Assembly: GCA_044220955.1 (NCBI GenBank)
Contig: JBGAQA010000060.1
Coordinates: 1-40,181, forward strand
Length of the DNA stretch: 40,181 nt
Source: Sandaracinaceae bacterium
GTDB lineage: Bacteria > Myxococcota_A > Polyangia > Polyangiales > Sandaracinaceae
Direction of reading: 5' to 3'
Within the stretch, counting starts at the first letter, position 1; each line of letters begins with the position of its first letter. Made by a program: the position numbers and the translations under genes. The notes beneath the pieces were generated by a model. The model did no database searches. It worked only from the letters and a program-made list of their open reading frames with translations, and was not told where the DNA came from. Of this stretch, positions 8,061-16,967 are shown piece after piece.

Positions 8061-9779
8061 ATGCGTCGCTTGACCGTCGGTTTCTCGGTGCTCCTCACCG
8101 CGCTCGCCGCGCCCAACGCCTCCGCCCAGACGTGCGTGCCCTCCGGGACGCAGGGCTGGCACCAGGGCACTGGCTCGGGGAGCGTGCCCGGCTGCGTCGA
8201 CCTGAACGCGGGCTTCGGCGGACCGGCCGACTTCGGCTACTTCATGGTCCCCCAGAACGACGACGGCTACGAGGGGCCGATCGACATCAGCGGCGTGTTC
8301 CCGGGCGGCCTCAACTTCTACGGCGGCCCGTACACGACGATGTGGATCAACACGAACGGCAACATCACGTTCCACGCCGGCCTCAGCAGGTTCACGCCCA
8401 CCGCCTTCCCTCAGGCGCTCAGCGGCGTCTCGCCCATGATCGCGCCCTACTGGGCCGACATCGACACGCGCAATCCGACCTCGGGCGGCCCGGTCGCGGC
8501 GGGCCACAACCGCGTGTACTACGACATGTCGCGCATCGGCGAGATGACCATCACGTGGTTCGACGTCGGCTACTACAGCATGCACTACGAGCATCGGATG
8601 AGCTTCCAGCTCATCCTGAGGAACGCGACGGGCACCTGTGGCTCGGGCGACTTCGACGTCGAGTTCCGCTACAACAAGTGCGAGTGGGTCGCCGGCACCG
8701 CGAGCGGCTCGACGCCGCAGGGCACCTGCACCGGGACCGGCTGTACCCCCGCCCAGGTCGGCTTCGATGCGACGGACGGGACGAACTACGTGACGATCCG
8801 GGAGTCGCTCACGAACGAGGTGATCAACGTCTGCACGCTGACCAACGTCGCCGAGCCCGGCGTGTTCCGGTTCAGCGTGCGCGGCGGTGCGCTGCTCTGC
8901 GCGGGCGGCGGCACACCCTGCCCGGTCTCCGGCATGGTCGGCGCGTGCGGCATCGGCGTGAACGTCTGCCGCGCCGCGGGCGTCACCTGCGAGCCGGTCA
9001 GCGGCTCGTCGACGGAGACGTGCGACAACATCGACAACGACTGCAACGGCAGCGTCGACGACGGCTCGGGGCTCTGCCCCGCCTCTCAGGTGTGCGTGCT
9101 CGGCACGTGCATCGCCAACTGCCTCGAGAGCAGCTGTGCGGTGGGCTACACGTGCAACCCCGACGGGCGATGCGTCGAGGAGTCGTGCGTGGGCGTGCCC
9201 TGCCCGGAGAACCAGCGCTGCGTCCACGGCACCTGCGTGGACTCGTGTACGGGCGTCGTCTGCCCGCACAACCAGCAGTGCGCGGCCGGTCGCTGCACCG
9301 ACCTCTGCGAGACCATCACCTGCGACACCGGCTTCGTCTGTCAGGATGGAAACTGCGTCCCGACGTGCCCGTGCCACCCCTGCCCGACAGGCTCCTCGTG
9401 CAACGCGGACGGCACGTGCTCGCCGGCGGGCTGCGACCTCACCGTGTGCGAGCCCGGCTGGTACTGCCAGGACGGAACCTGCATCGACGGCTGCGCGGGG
9501 GCGATGTGCCCGGCCAACCAGCACTGCGAGGTCGGTCACTGCATCTTCAACAACAGCGACGCGGGCGTGATGGGCCACGACGCCGGCATCGTCTTCCCCG
9601 ACAGCGGCTCGGGCGGACTGGACGGCGGCGGCGGCGGCACCGACGATGCCGGACGCGGCCCTCGGCGCGTCGGCGGGTGCGGGTGTCGCGCTGGCGGGAC
9701 CGGCCCGAGCGGTGCGCTGGCGGCGCTCTTGCTGCTCGGTCTCGTCGCGGCGCGGCGCCGCGCGCGGAGGGCGGCATGA
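8061..9779 (+). CDS. Nidogen-like (NIDO) domain, Cys-rich repeat, MYXO-CTERM surface protein (paralogue 2)
   Basis: Same architecture as 6090-8030: signal ASA-Q, INTNGNITF, MIAPYWADID, SFQLIL, FDVEFRY, ETCDNIDNDCNG and GGCGC-TM-RRRARR. Alternative GTG start at 8058. Confidence 0.85.
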   Translation: MRRLTVGFSVLLTALAAPNASAQTCVPSGTQGWHQGTGSGSVPGCVDLNAGFGGPADFGYFMVPQNDDGYEGPIDISGVFPGGLNFYGGPYTTMWINTNGNITFHAGLSRFTPTAFPQALSGVSPMIAPYWADIDTRNPTSGGPVAAGHNRVYYDMSRIGEMTITWFDVGYYSMHYEHRMSFQLILRNATGTCGSGDFDVEFRYNKCEWVAGTASGSTPQGTCTGTGCTPAQVGFDATDGTNYVTIRESLTNEVINVCTLTNVAEPGVFRFSVRGGALLCAGGGTPCPVSGMVGACGIGVNVCRAAGVTCEPVSGSSTETCDNIDNDCNGSVDDGSGLCPASQVCVLGTCIANCLESSCAVGYTCNPDGRCVEESCVGVPCPENQRCVHGTCVDSCTGVVCPHNQQCAAGRCTDLCETITCDTGFVCQDGNCVPTCPCHPCPTGSSCNADGTCSPAGCDLTVCEPGWYCQDGTCIDGCAGAMCPANQHCEVGHCIFNNSDAGVMGHDAGIVFPDSGSGGLDGGGGGTDDAGRGPRRVGGCGCRAGGTGPSGALAALLLLGLVAARRRARRAA

Positions 9780-10489
9780 GCCCGTTGCAGCGTGTGCTCC
9801 TCACGACGGGGCTGGCGCTCGCATGCGGCGCAGCCGGCTGCGGGGGCGGCGGGACGGGCAACGACGCAGGGACCGGCGGCGGCATGGACTCCGGCTCCGG
9901 CGGCAACGACACCGGCGTCGTCGGCCGCCCGGACGTCGGGCCCGGCATCGATGGCGGCTGCGTCCCTTCCGTCGAGCTGTGCGGCGACCACATCGACGAG
10001 AACTGCGACGGGATGGAAGACCCGTGCGGCGACAACGACGGGGACCACTTCGACGCCTGCCGACCGACGGACACCGACCTGACGATGTGCGACTGCAACG
10101 ATCGCGATCGCAACACGTATCCGCCGCGTCTGTCCGTGCCCGGGGGACACGAGACCTGCGACGGGCTCGACAACGACTGCGACACGCGCATCGACGAGTC
10201 GTCCGACTGCTGCGCGGGGTGTGCCGGCATCGAGGCGTCGCGCGCCGACGCGTGCACGACCGACGGGATGTGCGACTGCCTCGGCGAGCCCGGCGTCGGC
10301 GCGTGCCCTGCCGGGCAGACGTGCTGCACGGCCGGCTGCATCGACACCACGAGCGATGCGAACAACTGCGGCGCGTGCCGTGCCACGTGCGGCTTCTCGG
10401 CCGATCGCTGCACCGCGAGCAGCTGCATGTGTGGGACGGGGAGCCCCTGCTCCGGCTCCCAGAACTGCACGGGCGGCAGCTGCGGCTGA
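9776..10489 (+). CDS. Cys-rich lipoprotein with MopE-like metal-binding repeats and a Stig1-like motif
   Basis: Lipobox (GAAG-C) and DAG/DSG linker. Motifs ELCGDHIDENCDG, DCND.DRNTYP...ETCDGLDNDCD.RIDE and CIDTTSDANNCGAC. ATGA overlap with paralogue 2. Confidence 0.75.
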   Translation: MSPLQRVLLTTGLALACGAAGCGGGGTGNDAGTGGGMDSGSGGNDTGVVGRPDVGPGIDGGCVPSVELCGDHIDENCDGMEDPCGDNDGDHFDACRPTDTDLTMCDCNDRDRNTYPPRLSVPGGHETCDGLDNDCDTRIDESSDCCAGCAGIEASRADACTTDGMCDCLGEPGVGACPAGQTCCTAGCIDTTSDANNCGACRATCGFSADRCTASSCMCGTGSPCSGSQNCTGGSCG

Positions 10490-10543
10490 CCCCGCCGTCG
10501 GGCCCGGCTGGATCTCGCGCCGCGGGCGTGCGATCCAGCGGCC

Positions 10544-11341
10544 ATGACGATTCGCCAGGAAGGCTTCACCTACGGGCTCGAGGACGGCGTCGCGAGGGTC
10601 ACGCTCGCGCGGCCCGATCGCATCAACGCGCTGACGTTCGCGAGCTACCGCGCGCTGACCGAGGCCTTCCGCGAGATGCACGAGACGGCCGCCGTGCGCG
10701 CGGTCGTCCTGTCCGGCGAGGGGCCGCGGGGCTTCTGCTCGGGCGGCGACGTCCGTGACATCATCGGCGAGCTCTTCTCGCGCGACATGCCAGGCCTGCT
10801 CGAGTTCACGCGACTGACCGGGGCGCTCGTCGCCGCGATCCACCAGTGCCGGGCGCCGGTCGTGGCCGCGCTCCACGGGGTGACCTGCGGAGCGGGCGCG
10901 GTCATGGCGATCGCTTCGGACATCCGCCTCGCGAGCCCCGACATGCGCATCGCGTTCCTCTTCCCGAAGGTCGGCCTCTCGGGCGCCGACATGGGCGCGT
11001 CGTGGCTCCTGCCGCGCATCGTGGGCTTCGGGCTGGCGAGCGAGCTGCTGCTCACGGGCGACTTCGTGCCGGCGGAGCGCGCCGAGCGGATCGGCCTCGT
11101 GAACCGGGTGGTCCCGCTCGAGGAGCTGCCGGGCCAGGCGCTCGCGCTCGCCAGGACGATCGCCGCCGGCCCCTCGTTCGCGCACGGGATGACCAAGAAG
11201 ATGCTCGACTACGAGGCCAGCGTGGACTTCCTCACGGGCATCGAGGCCGAGGCGCAGGCCCAGGCGATCTGCATGCAGCACGCCGACTTCCGCGAGGCGT
11301 ACGATGCGGGCCGCGAGAAGCGCCCGCCGAAGTTCCGGTGA
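10544..11341 (+). CDS. Enoyl-CoA hydratase/isomerase family protein (AbmC-like)
   Basis: Motifs VTLARPDRINALT, FCSGGDV, GAGAVMAIASDIR and KVGLSGADMGA..LLPRIVG. Confidence 0.9.
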   Translation: MTIRQEGFTYGLEDGVARVTLARPDRINALTFASYRALTEAFREMHETAAVRAVVLSGEGPRGFCSGGDVRDIIGELFSRDMPGLLEFTRLTGALVAAIHQCRAPVVAALHGVTCGAGAVMAIASDIRLASPDMRIAFLFPKVGLSGADMGASWLLPRIVGFGLASELLLTGDFVPAERAERIGLVNRVVPLEELPGQALALARTIAAGPSFAHGMTKKMLDYEASVDFLTGIEAEAQAQAICMQHADFREAYDAGREKRPPKFR

Positions 11342-11378
11342 GGCCCAGGGCGAACCGCCGAACGAGAAGAGGCCGACG

Positions 11379-12596
11379 ATGCGCGCACCCCCTTCGTGCT
11401 CCGACGACGTGATCGAGAGAGCGTTCTGCGACGCCGACGTGGTGCGAGAGGCCTGGACGACCGCCTCGCGCATCGCCGTCGAGGCGTGCCGCGTCGAGCA
11501 GACGGCGCCGAGCCCGGAAGCGGCGCTCCCGGCGATCGTGCGCTTCCTCGGGGAGCGGGGCTTGCTCGGGCTCGTCGTCCCGAGCGCGCTCGGGGGAGCC
11601 TTCGACTCGGTGCGATCGGTCGCGCTCTGCCTCGCGCGCGAGCGCCTCGGGCACGCCTCGCCGCTCGTGGAGCTCGCGTTCGCGATGCAGGCGCTCGGTA
11701 GCTACCCGATCACGGCGCGCGGGTCGGAGGCGCAGAAGAGCGAGTGGCTGCCCGGCGTCGCCGCGGGCGAGACGGTGGCGGCGTTCGCGCTCACCGAGGC
11801 CGAGGCGGGCTCGGACCTCGGCGGAATCGAGACCACGGCGCGGCGCGAGGGCGAGACCTACGTCCTCGACGGCGAGAAGATCCTCATCTCGAACGCGGGC
11901 GTCGCGTCGTTCTACGTCGTGTTCGCGGCCACCGCGGGCAAGGACACCAAGCGTCGGCTGAGCGCCTTCGTCGTGCCGGCCCGGAGCAAGGGCCTCGACA
12001 CCAAGCGCACCCGCGTCCTCGGTGGCCACCCGATCGGATCGGTGTTCCTCGAGGGCGTGCGCGTGCCGGCGTCGCAGCGGATCGGGCAGGAGGGCGACGG
12101 CCTCTCGATCGCGCTCGAGACGCTCCACAAGCTGCGGCCGACGGTGGGCGCGGCGGCGCTCGGGTTCGCGCAGCGCGCTCTCGACGAGACGGTGCGGCAC
12201 GTGAAGACGCGCACGCAGTTCGGGGTGCCGCTCGCCGAGCAGCAGGCGGTGCAGATGCACCTGGCCGACATGGCGCTCGACGTGGAGAGCGCTCGCTTGC
12301 TGGTCTACCGCGCGGCTGCGGTCGCGGACCTCGTCGCCGAGCTGCGCAAGGCCCAGGGGCGGGAGACCGAGGCACAGCGCGCTCAGCTCGGACGCACGGC
12401 GAGCATGGGCAAGCTCGCGGCGACCGAGGCCGCGTTCCGCGTCGTGGACATGGCGGTTCAGCTCCACGGCGGGCGAGGCGTGATCGAGGGATCGGTCGTC
12501 GGGCGCCTCTACGAGGACGTGCGCGCGCTGCGGATCTACGAGGGCGCGAGCGACGTGCAGCGGCTGCTCATCGCCCGCGACGTCCTGCGCGGGTAG
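11379..12596 (+). CDS. Acyl-CoA dehydrogenase (AbmD-like)
   Basis: Motifs AFAMQALGS, AAFALTEAEAGSD, LDGEKILISNAG, RTQFG, AVQLHGG and RIYEGASDVQ. Start uncertain (11379 ATG or 11409 GTG). Confidence 0.9.
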   Translation: MRAPPSCSDDVIERAFCDADVVREAWTTASRIAVEACRVEQTAPSPEAALPAIVRFLGERGLLGLVVPSALGGAFDSVRSVALCLARERLGHASPLVELAFAMQALGSYPITARGSEAQKSEWLPGVAAGETVAAFALTEAEAGSDLGGIETTARREGETYVLDGEKILISNAGVASFYVVFAATAGKDTKRRLSAFVVPARSKGLDTKRTRVLGGHPIGSVFLEGVRVPASQRIGQEGDGLSIALETLHKLRPTVGAAALGFAQRALDETVRHVKTRTQFGVPLAEQQAVQMHLADMALDVESARLLVYRAAAVADLVAELRKAQGRETEAQRAQLGRTASMGKLAATEAAFRVVDMAVQLHGGRGVIEGSVVGRLYEDVRALRIYEGASDVQRLLIARDVLRG

Positions 12597-12606
12597 AGCC
12601 GAGCGC

Positions 12607-13746
12607 GTGGCCTGGGCCTGGATCGGGGAGGTTCGCGGCGGCGGCGCGCTCGCTCCGGTCGCGGCGGCGTTCGCCGCGCGCGAGCTGGGTGCGGAGATCC
12701 CGCCCGGGCCGGAGGCCCTCGTCGCGCTCGCTCGGGCGATCGACCGTTTCGCGGCGCGCTCGGGCGCGAGCGCCGCCGAGGAGAGCGCATTCCTCGAGGG
12801 CGCGGGCGCGTTCCTCGCGATGGTGCTCGTGTCTCGGCTGGGCGGCTCGCACGTGGAGCGCGCAGGCGTGCATCGGATCCGCCTCGGAGTGGCGGGGTTC
12901 TTCGATCCCTTCGGCGCGATCGACGAGGCGCTGGACACGGAGCCGGCGCGCGCCGCGCTCGTCGACGCGGTGGCGCTCGCGGAGCGCGAGGCGGAGGGCA
13001 GGGGGCCGATCGCGCGCGTCGCGCTCGCGTTCGAGCGCAGCCTCGGCGAGCTCCGAGACGACCTCGCGATCGTCGGTCGCTTCGACCGGACGCTTCGAGT
13101 CGGTGAGGCCGAGGTGGATCTGTCCCGCGCGATCGCGGCGACCGCGGGGGAGAGCGACGCGGCCGTCGCGAGCGCCGCGCGCAAGCTCGTCGAGATGCTC
13201 CCGGGCGGCGCGGTGACCGAGATCTCGGCCGAGGAGGCGCGCGCGCGGGTGTTCCCGCGGCTCGTCGGCCCGCGCTTCGATCTGCCGGTGCTCGCGCGAT
13301 CCGTGGCGGACGAGCTGCGCGTCGCGTGGGTGATCGCCTACGAAGGCCGCTCGCGCTTCGTGACGGAGCGGGATCTCGCCCGCTGGTCGTGGGGCGTCGA
13401 CGACGTGGCGGCGCACGCGATCACGAACCTCGCCGCTCGCTCGGATCGCGCGCGGCTCGCCCGCGTCGACACGGACGAGGGCCCGATCGTCGTCGCGCGC
13501 TCCGGCGACGGCCACGACTCGGCTCGGATCCTCTTGCCGGCCCTCTCGGAGACGCTCGCGCCGGAGATCGGCGCGCCGTGTCTGGTCGCCGTGCCGCATC
13601 GCGACGCGCTCCTCGCGTCGGCCGACACCCCCGCGCTCGCGCGCTCTCTCGCGGCGCGCGCCGCCGACGACCACGCGCGGGCGCCCCACGCCATCAGCGC
13701 GCGGGTCTACCGGCTCGCGCCGGACGGATCGATCACCCTACGGTGA
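12607..13746 (+). CDS. Uncharacterised protein with a C-terminal DUF1444-like domain
   Basis: C-terminal half shows the DUF1444-like pattern PRL..., W....DD...A..NL, GDGHDSARILLP, VAVPHRD.L and ISARVY. Confidence 0.6.
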   Translation: MAWAWIGEVRGGGALAPVAAAFAARELGAEIPPGPEALVALARAIDRFAARSGASAAEESAFLEGAGAFLAMVLVSRLGGSHVERAGVHRIRLGVAGFFDPFGAIDEALDTEPARAALVDAVALAEREAEGRGPIARVALAFERSLGELRDDLAIVGRFDRTLRVGEAEVDLSRAIAATAGESDAAVASAARKLVEMLPGGAVTEISAEEARARVFPRLVGPRFDLPVLARSVADELRVAWVIAYEGRSRFVTERDLARWSWGVDDVAAHAITNLAARSDRARLARVDTDEGPIVVARSGDGHDSARILLPALSETLAPEIGAPCLVAVPHRDALLASADTPALARSLAARAADDHARAPHAISARVYRLAPDGSITLR

Positions 13747-13777
13747 CGGGGTGGCCGCGTCCTCGGAGCGCACCTGA

Positions 13778-14866
13778 TCAATACCGGCCGCCGAACGCGT
13801 CCGGGTCGAGCGGCGCCGCGCCGATGTCGCCGGCGCCGCCGGTGCTCACGAACGCGTCGAGCTCCTCCATGAACGCCGCCGCAGACGCCGCCGCGCTCGG
13901 CGCCGCGGGCGCGGGCTCGGTCGCGAGGTGCAGCCCGACGACGAGCGAGACGTCGCGCATCGAGACGTTGGGATCGATCCGCGCGATGGCGCGGTCGAGA
14001 TCGGCGACGAGCGCCTCGGCGCCGGGCGTACGCCGGCGCGGATCCCGGTCGAGGACGCGCAGGACCACGGCGTCGAGCTCCGCCGTCATGCGCCGGTTGA
14101 AGCGCGAGGGCGGCGCGACCTCGCACTTCGCGACGGCGCGCACGGTGCCGGTGTCGTCCTCGCCGTGGAAGAGGCGGCGGCCCGCGAGCATCTCCCAGAG
14201 CACGATCCCGACCGCGAACACGTCGATCTGCGCGGTCGAGGGCTGCTGCTCGATGATCTCGGGCGCGAGGTAGCCGAGCTTGCCTCCGAGCATTCCTCCG
14301 CCGAGCTGGGTCGAGTGCACGCTCGCGTCCGCGAGGCCGAAGTCGGCGAGCTTCACCGAGCCCTCCTTGCCCAGGAGGAGGTTGTGGGGAGAAACGTCGC
14401 GGTGGATGATCCCGAGCGGCTGTCCGCTTGGATCGCGCGCCGAGTGCGCATACGCCAGGGCGCTCGCGAGCTGTCGCGCGATGAAGAAGGCCGTCGCCGG
14501 GGGCATGCACGCCTGTCGCGCGTGGGCCCGCTCGAGGATCGCCTTGAGCGACGTCCCGTCGACGAGCTCCATGATCATGATGAACGTCCCGCCGACCTCA
14601 CGGGCGTCGTGCACGCGGACGATGTTCGGGTGCTTGAGCAGCATCCCGAGGCGCGCCTCGTCCTCGAACATCCCCCGGTAGGTGGCGTCCTGGGCGAGCT
14701 GCGGGAGCACGCGCTTGATCGCGACGAGGTGCTTCTCGCCCGTCTCGAAGATCGCGTTGCCCTTCCACACCTCGGCCATGCCGCCCGACGCGAGCCGCAC
14801 GAGCGGCACGTATCGCGTCGGTGCTCGACGGAACTTCGTCGAGATCCGGGCAGAGGAGTCAGCCAT
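13778..14866 (-). CDS. Cytoplasmic Hanks-type Ser/Thr protein kinase
   Basis: Motifs LASGGMAEVW, VAIKR, HRDVSPHN, DFGLA, GKLGYLAPE and DVFAVG; no TM segment. Confidence 0.92.
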   Translation of the reverse strand: MADSSARISTKFRRAPTRYVPLVRLASGGMAEVWKGNAIFETGEKHLVAIKRVLPQLAQDATYRGMFEDEARLGMLLKHPNIVRVHDAREVGGTFIMIMELVDGTSLKAILERAHARQACMPPATAFFIARQLASALAYAHSARDPSGQPLGIIHRDVSPHNLLLGKEGSVKLADFGLADASVHSTQLGGGMLGGKLGYLAPEIIEQQPSTAQIDVFAVGIVLWEMLAGRRLFHGEDDTGTVRAVAKCEVAPPSRFNRRMTAELDAVVLRVLDRDPRRRTPGAEALVADLDRAIARIDPNVSMRDVSLVVGLHLATEPAPAAPSAAASAAAFMEELDAFVSTGGAGDIGAAPLDPDAFGGRY

Positions 14867-14874
14867 CTGTTCGG

Positions 14875-14903
14875 ATGCTCTCCCCGGCGGCCCGTCCGGT
14901 CAA
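14875..14903 (-). promoter_or_regulatory. Putative sigma70 promoter of the kinase
   Basis: TTGACC-17 nt-GAGCAT, 8 nt before the ATG at 14866. Confidence 0.4.
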
Positions 14904-14928
14904 TCGAACGTTCGGGACCGTTTCCGGC

Positions 14929-16215
14929 TCAGGCCACCGCCGCGAACGCGTGCTGGAGCGCCGCTTCGGTCGCGGCGAGCGCGGCCTCGTCGTGCGCGAT
15001 CGAGACGAAGCCGGCCTCGAACTGCGCGGGCGGCCAGAGGACCCCTCTCGCGAGCATGGCCGCGTGCCACGCGCCGAAGCGCGCGGTGTCGCTCCTGGCC
15101 GCATCTTCCCAGCGCCGTACCGGCCCCTCGAGGAAGAACGGGGTGAGCATCGAGCCGACGCGCTGCACGCGGAGCGGCACGCCGGCGCGGGACGCGGAGG
15201 CCACCATCGCCCGCTCGAGGCGCGCGCTCTTCGCCTCCAGCGCGTCGTAGAAGCCGGGCGTCTCGATCGCGCGCAGCGTCGCCTCGCCGGCGGCCACGGC
15301 GAGCGGGTTTCCGCTCAAGGTCCCCGCCTGGTAGACGGGACCGAGCGGGGCGACCTTCTGCATGATCTCGCGTCGCCCGCCGTAGACGCCCACGGGCAGA
15401 CCGCCGCCGACGATCTTGCCGAGGCAGGTGAGGTCGGGGCGGATGCCGAACGCTTGCTGTGCGCCGCCGAGCGCCACGCGGAAGCCGGTCATCACCTCGT
15501 CGAACACGAGCAGCGCGCCGTGTCGCGCCGTGATCGTGCGCAGCCCCTCGAGGAAGCCTGGCTCGGGCGGCACCAGGCCCATGTTGCCGACGACCGGCTC
15601 GAGGACGAGCGCTGCGATCTCGGCGCCGCGCGCCGCGAACAGCGCCTCCGCCGCCGCGAGGTCGTTGAACGGCAGGACCATCGTGGTCCCGCCGATCGCC
15701 GCCGGCACGCCCGCGCTGGTCGGCACGCCGAAGGTGGCGAGGCCGCTGCCTGCCTTCACGAGCAGGTAGTCGGCGCCGCCGTGGTAGCAGCCCTCGAATT
15801 TCACGACGAGATCGCGGCCCGTGAAGCCGCGGGCCACGCGCAGCGCGCCCATCACCGCCTCGGTGCCGCTCGAGGTCATCCGCAGCATCTCGATCGACGG
15901 CATCAGGCGCACGATGTGCTCGGCGAGGTCCACCTCGCCGGCCGTGGGCGCGCCGTAGCTGGAGCCGCGCGTCGCTGCGTCCGAGATGGCCTCGACCACG
16001 TCGGGGTGGGCGTGCCCGAGGATCATGGGGCCCCAGCTGCCCACGTAGTCGACGTACCTGGTGCCGTCCGCGCCCGTGAGCCATGCCCCGGCCGCGCTCG
16101 ACACGAAGACGGGGGTGCCGCCGACGGCCCGGAAGGCGCGGACGGGGGAGTTGACGCCGCCGGGCAGGACGCGGCACGCGCGCTCGAAGAGGGCTCGGGA
16201 GGTGCTGTCGGTCAT
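14929..16215 (-). CDS. hemL: Glutamate-1-semialdehyde 2,1-aminomutase
   Basis: Motifs [54 protein letters not shown] (PLP Lys) and [10 protein letters not shown]. Confidence 0.97.
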   Translation of the reverse strand: MTDSTSRALFERACRVLPGGVNSPVRAFRAVGGTPVFVSSAAGAWLTGADGTRYVDYVGSWGPMILGHAHPDVVEAISDAATRGSSYGAPTAGEVDLAEHIVRLMPSIEMLRMTSSGTEAVMGALRVARGFTGRDLVVKFEGCYHGGADYLLVKAGSGLATFGVPTSAGVPAAIGGTTMVLPFNDLAAAEALFAARGAEIAALVLEPVVGNMGLVPPEPGFLEGLRTITARHGALLVFDEVMTGFRVALGGAQQAFGIRPDLTCLGKIVGGGLPVGVYGGRREIMQKVAPLGPVYQAGTLSGNPLAVAAGEATLRAIETPGFYDALEAKSARLERAMVASASRAGVPLRVQRVGSMLTPFFLEGPVRRWEDAARSDTARFGAWHAAMLARGVLWPPAQFEAGFVSIAHDEAALAATEAALQHAFAAVA

Positions 16216-16296
16216 CGCGGACGCGAGCCTAGTACGGTGGGCCGGCCCGGTGTGAATCCTCCGGCTTTCTCGGCTCGCCCGCGGGCCCGGGCTTGC

Positions 16297-16325
16297 TTGA
16301 CGCTCATTTTCGCGGGTGCTACATG
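16297..16325 (+). promoter_or_regulatory. Sigma70-type promoter of the atp F0 operon
   Basis: TTGACG-17 nt-TACATG with a TG extension; divergent from hemL. Confidence 0.55.
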
Positions 16326-16345
16326 GCGCGCGCTTTCAGGGACCG

Positions 16346-16576
16346 ATGAGCAACCAGCTTCTTTCCCGCAACCGCGCGCTTGCGGTCGGATCGGAGCTGG
16401 GTGTTGCGACCCTCCTCGGTCTCTTCGGCGGCTCGTGGATCGACGACCGCCTGGGAACGAGTCCCTGGTTCACCATCATCGGCCTCGCGATCGGCGCGGC
16501 CGCAGGAATCCGGAGCCTGATGCGGTTTGCGCCCCGGCCCACGAAGAAGCTCCCCCAGAACGACCCCCCCCGATGA
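16346..16576 (+). CDS. atpZ: AtpZ/AtpI-family small membrane protein (ATP synthase gene 1)
   Basis: Pattern GLFGGSWIDDRLGTSPWFTIIGLAIG..AG; first gene of the atp operon. Confidence 0.8.
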   Translation: MSNQLLSRNRALAVGSELGVATLLGLFGGSWIDDRLGTSPWFTIIGLAIGAAAGIRSLMRFAPRPTKKLPQNDPPR

Positions 16577-16965
16577 GACAGATCGACCGAATCACGACCT
16601 ACGTAGCGGCCTTCGGCGTGCTGCTCTCGGTCGCGGCGTTCTTCGTCTCCACCGAGGTCGGGATCGGGGCGCTCTCGGGCGCGGCGATCGCGATCGGCGA
16701 CTGGCTGGTCACGCGCTTGCTGGGGCGGCGGCTGCTCGCCGCCGGTGACAGCGGACGCACGATCCTGTCGCTCACGCTGGTCGGCAAGATGACGGCCGTG
16801 CTCCTCGCCTGCGCGCTCGTCCTCGCGTCGGGCCGCGTCAGCGCCCTCGGGTTCCTGATCGGTATCAGCGCGATGGTGCTGGGCGTCGTCTTCGGCGGCC
16901 TGGCGGACGCGCGCGCCCCCTCGGCCACCGCGGCCGGTGACGTGCAGCCCTCGGAGACCAAGTAG
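16573..16965 (+). CDS. atpI: ATP synthase subunit I-like membrane protein
   Basis: About 130 aa with four hydrophobic helices, between atpZ and atpB; ATGA overlap with atpZ. Confidence 0.7.
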   Translation: MRQIDRITTYVAAFGVLLSVAAFFVSTEVGIGALSGAAIAIGDWLVTRLLGRRLLAAGDSGRTILSLTLVGKMTAVLLACALVLASGRVSALGFLIGISAMVLGVVFGGLADARAPSATAAGDVQPSETK

Positions 16966-16967
16966 CG

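Noticed and set aside
2361..9578. Very long antisense or alternate-frame ORFs (2361-5594 -, 5874-9578 -, also 34962-37463 +, 26877-29483 +, 23816-25888 +)
   Set aside because: Shadow ORFs expected from high GC3. They are R/A/G/V-rich, lack motifs, and lie opposite genes with clear family signatures.
6090..10489. Annotating the locus as traAB
   Set aside because: The heads are NIDO rather than PA14-like, and no TraB (beta-barrel/TSP3/OmpA) gene follows.
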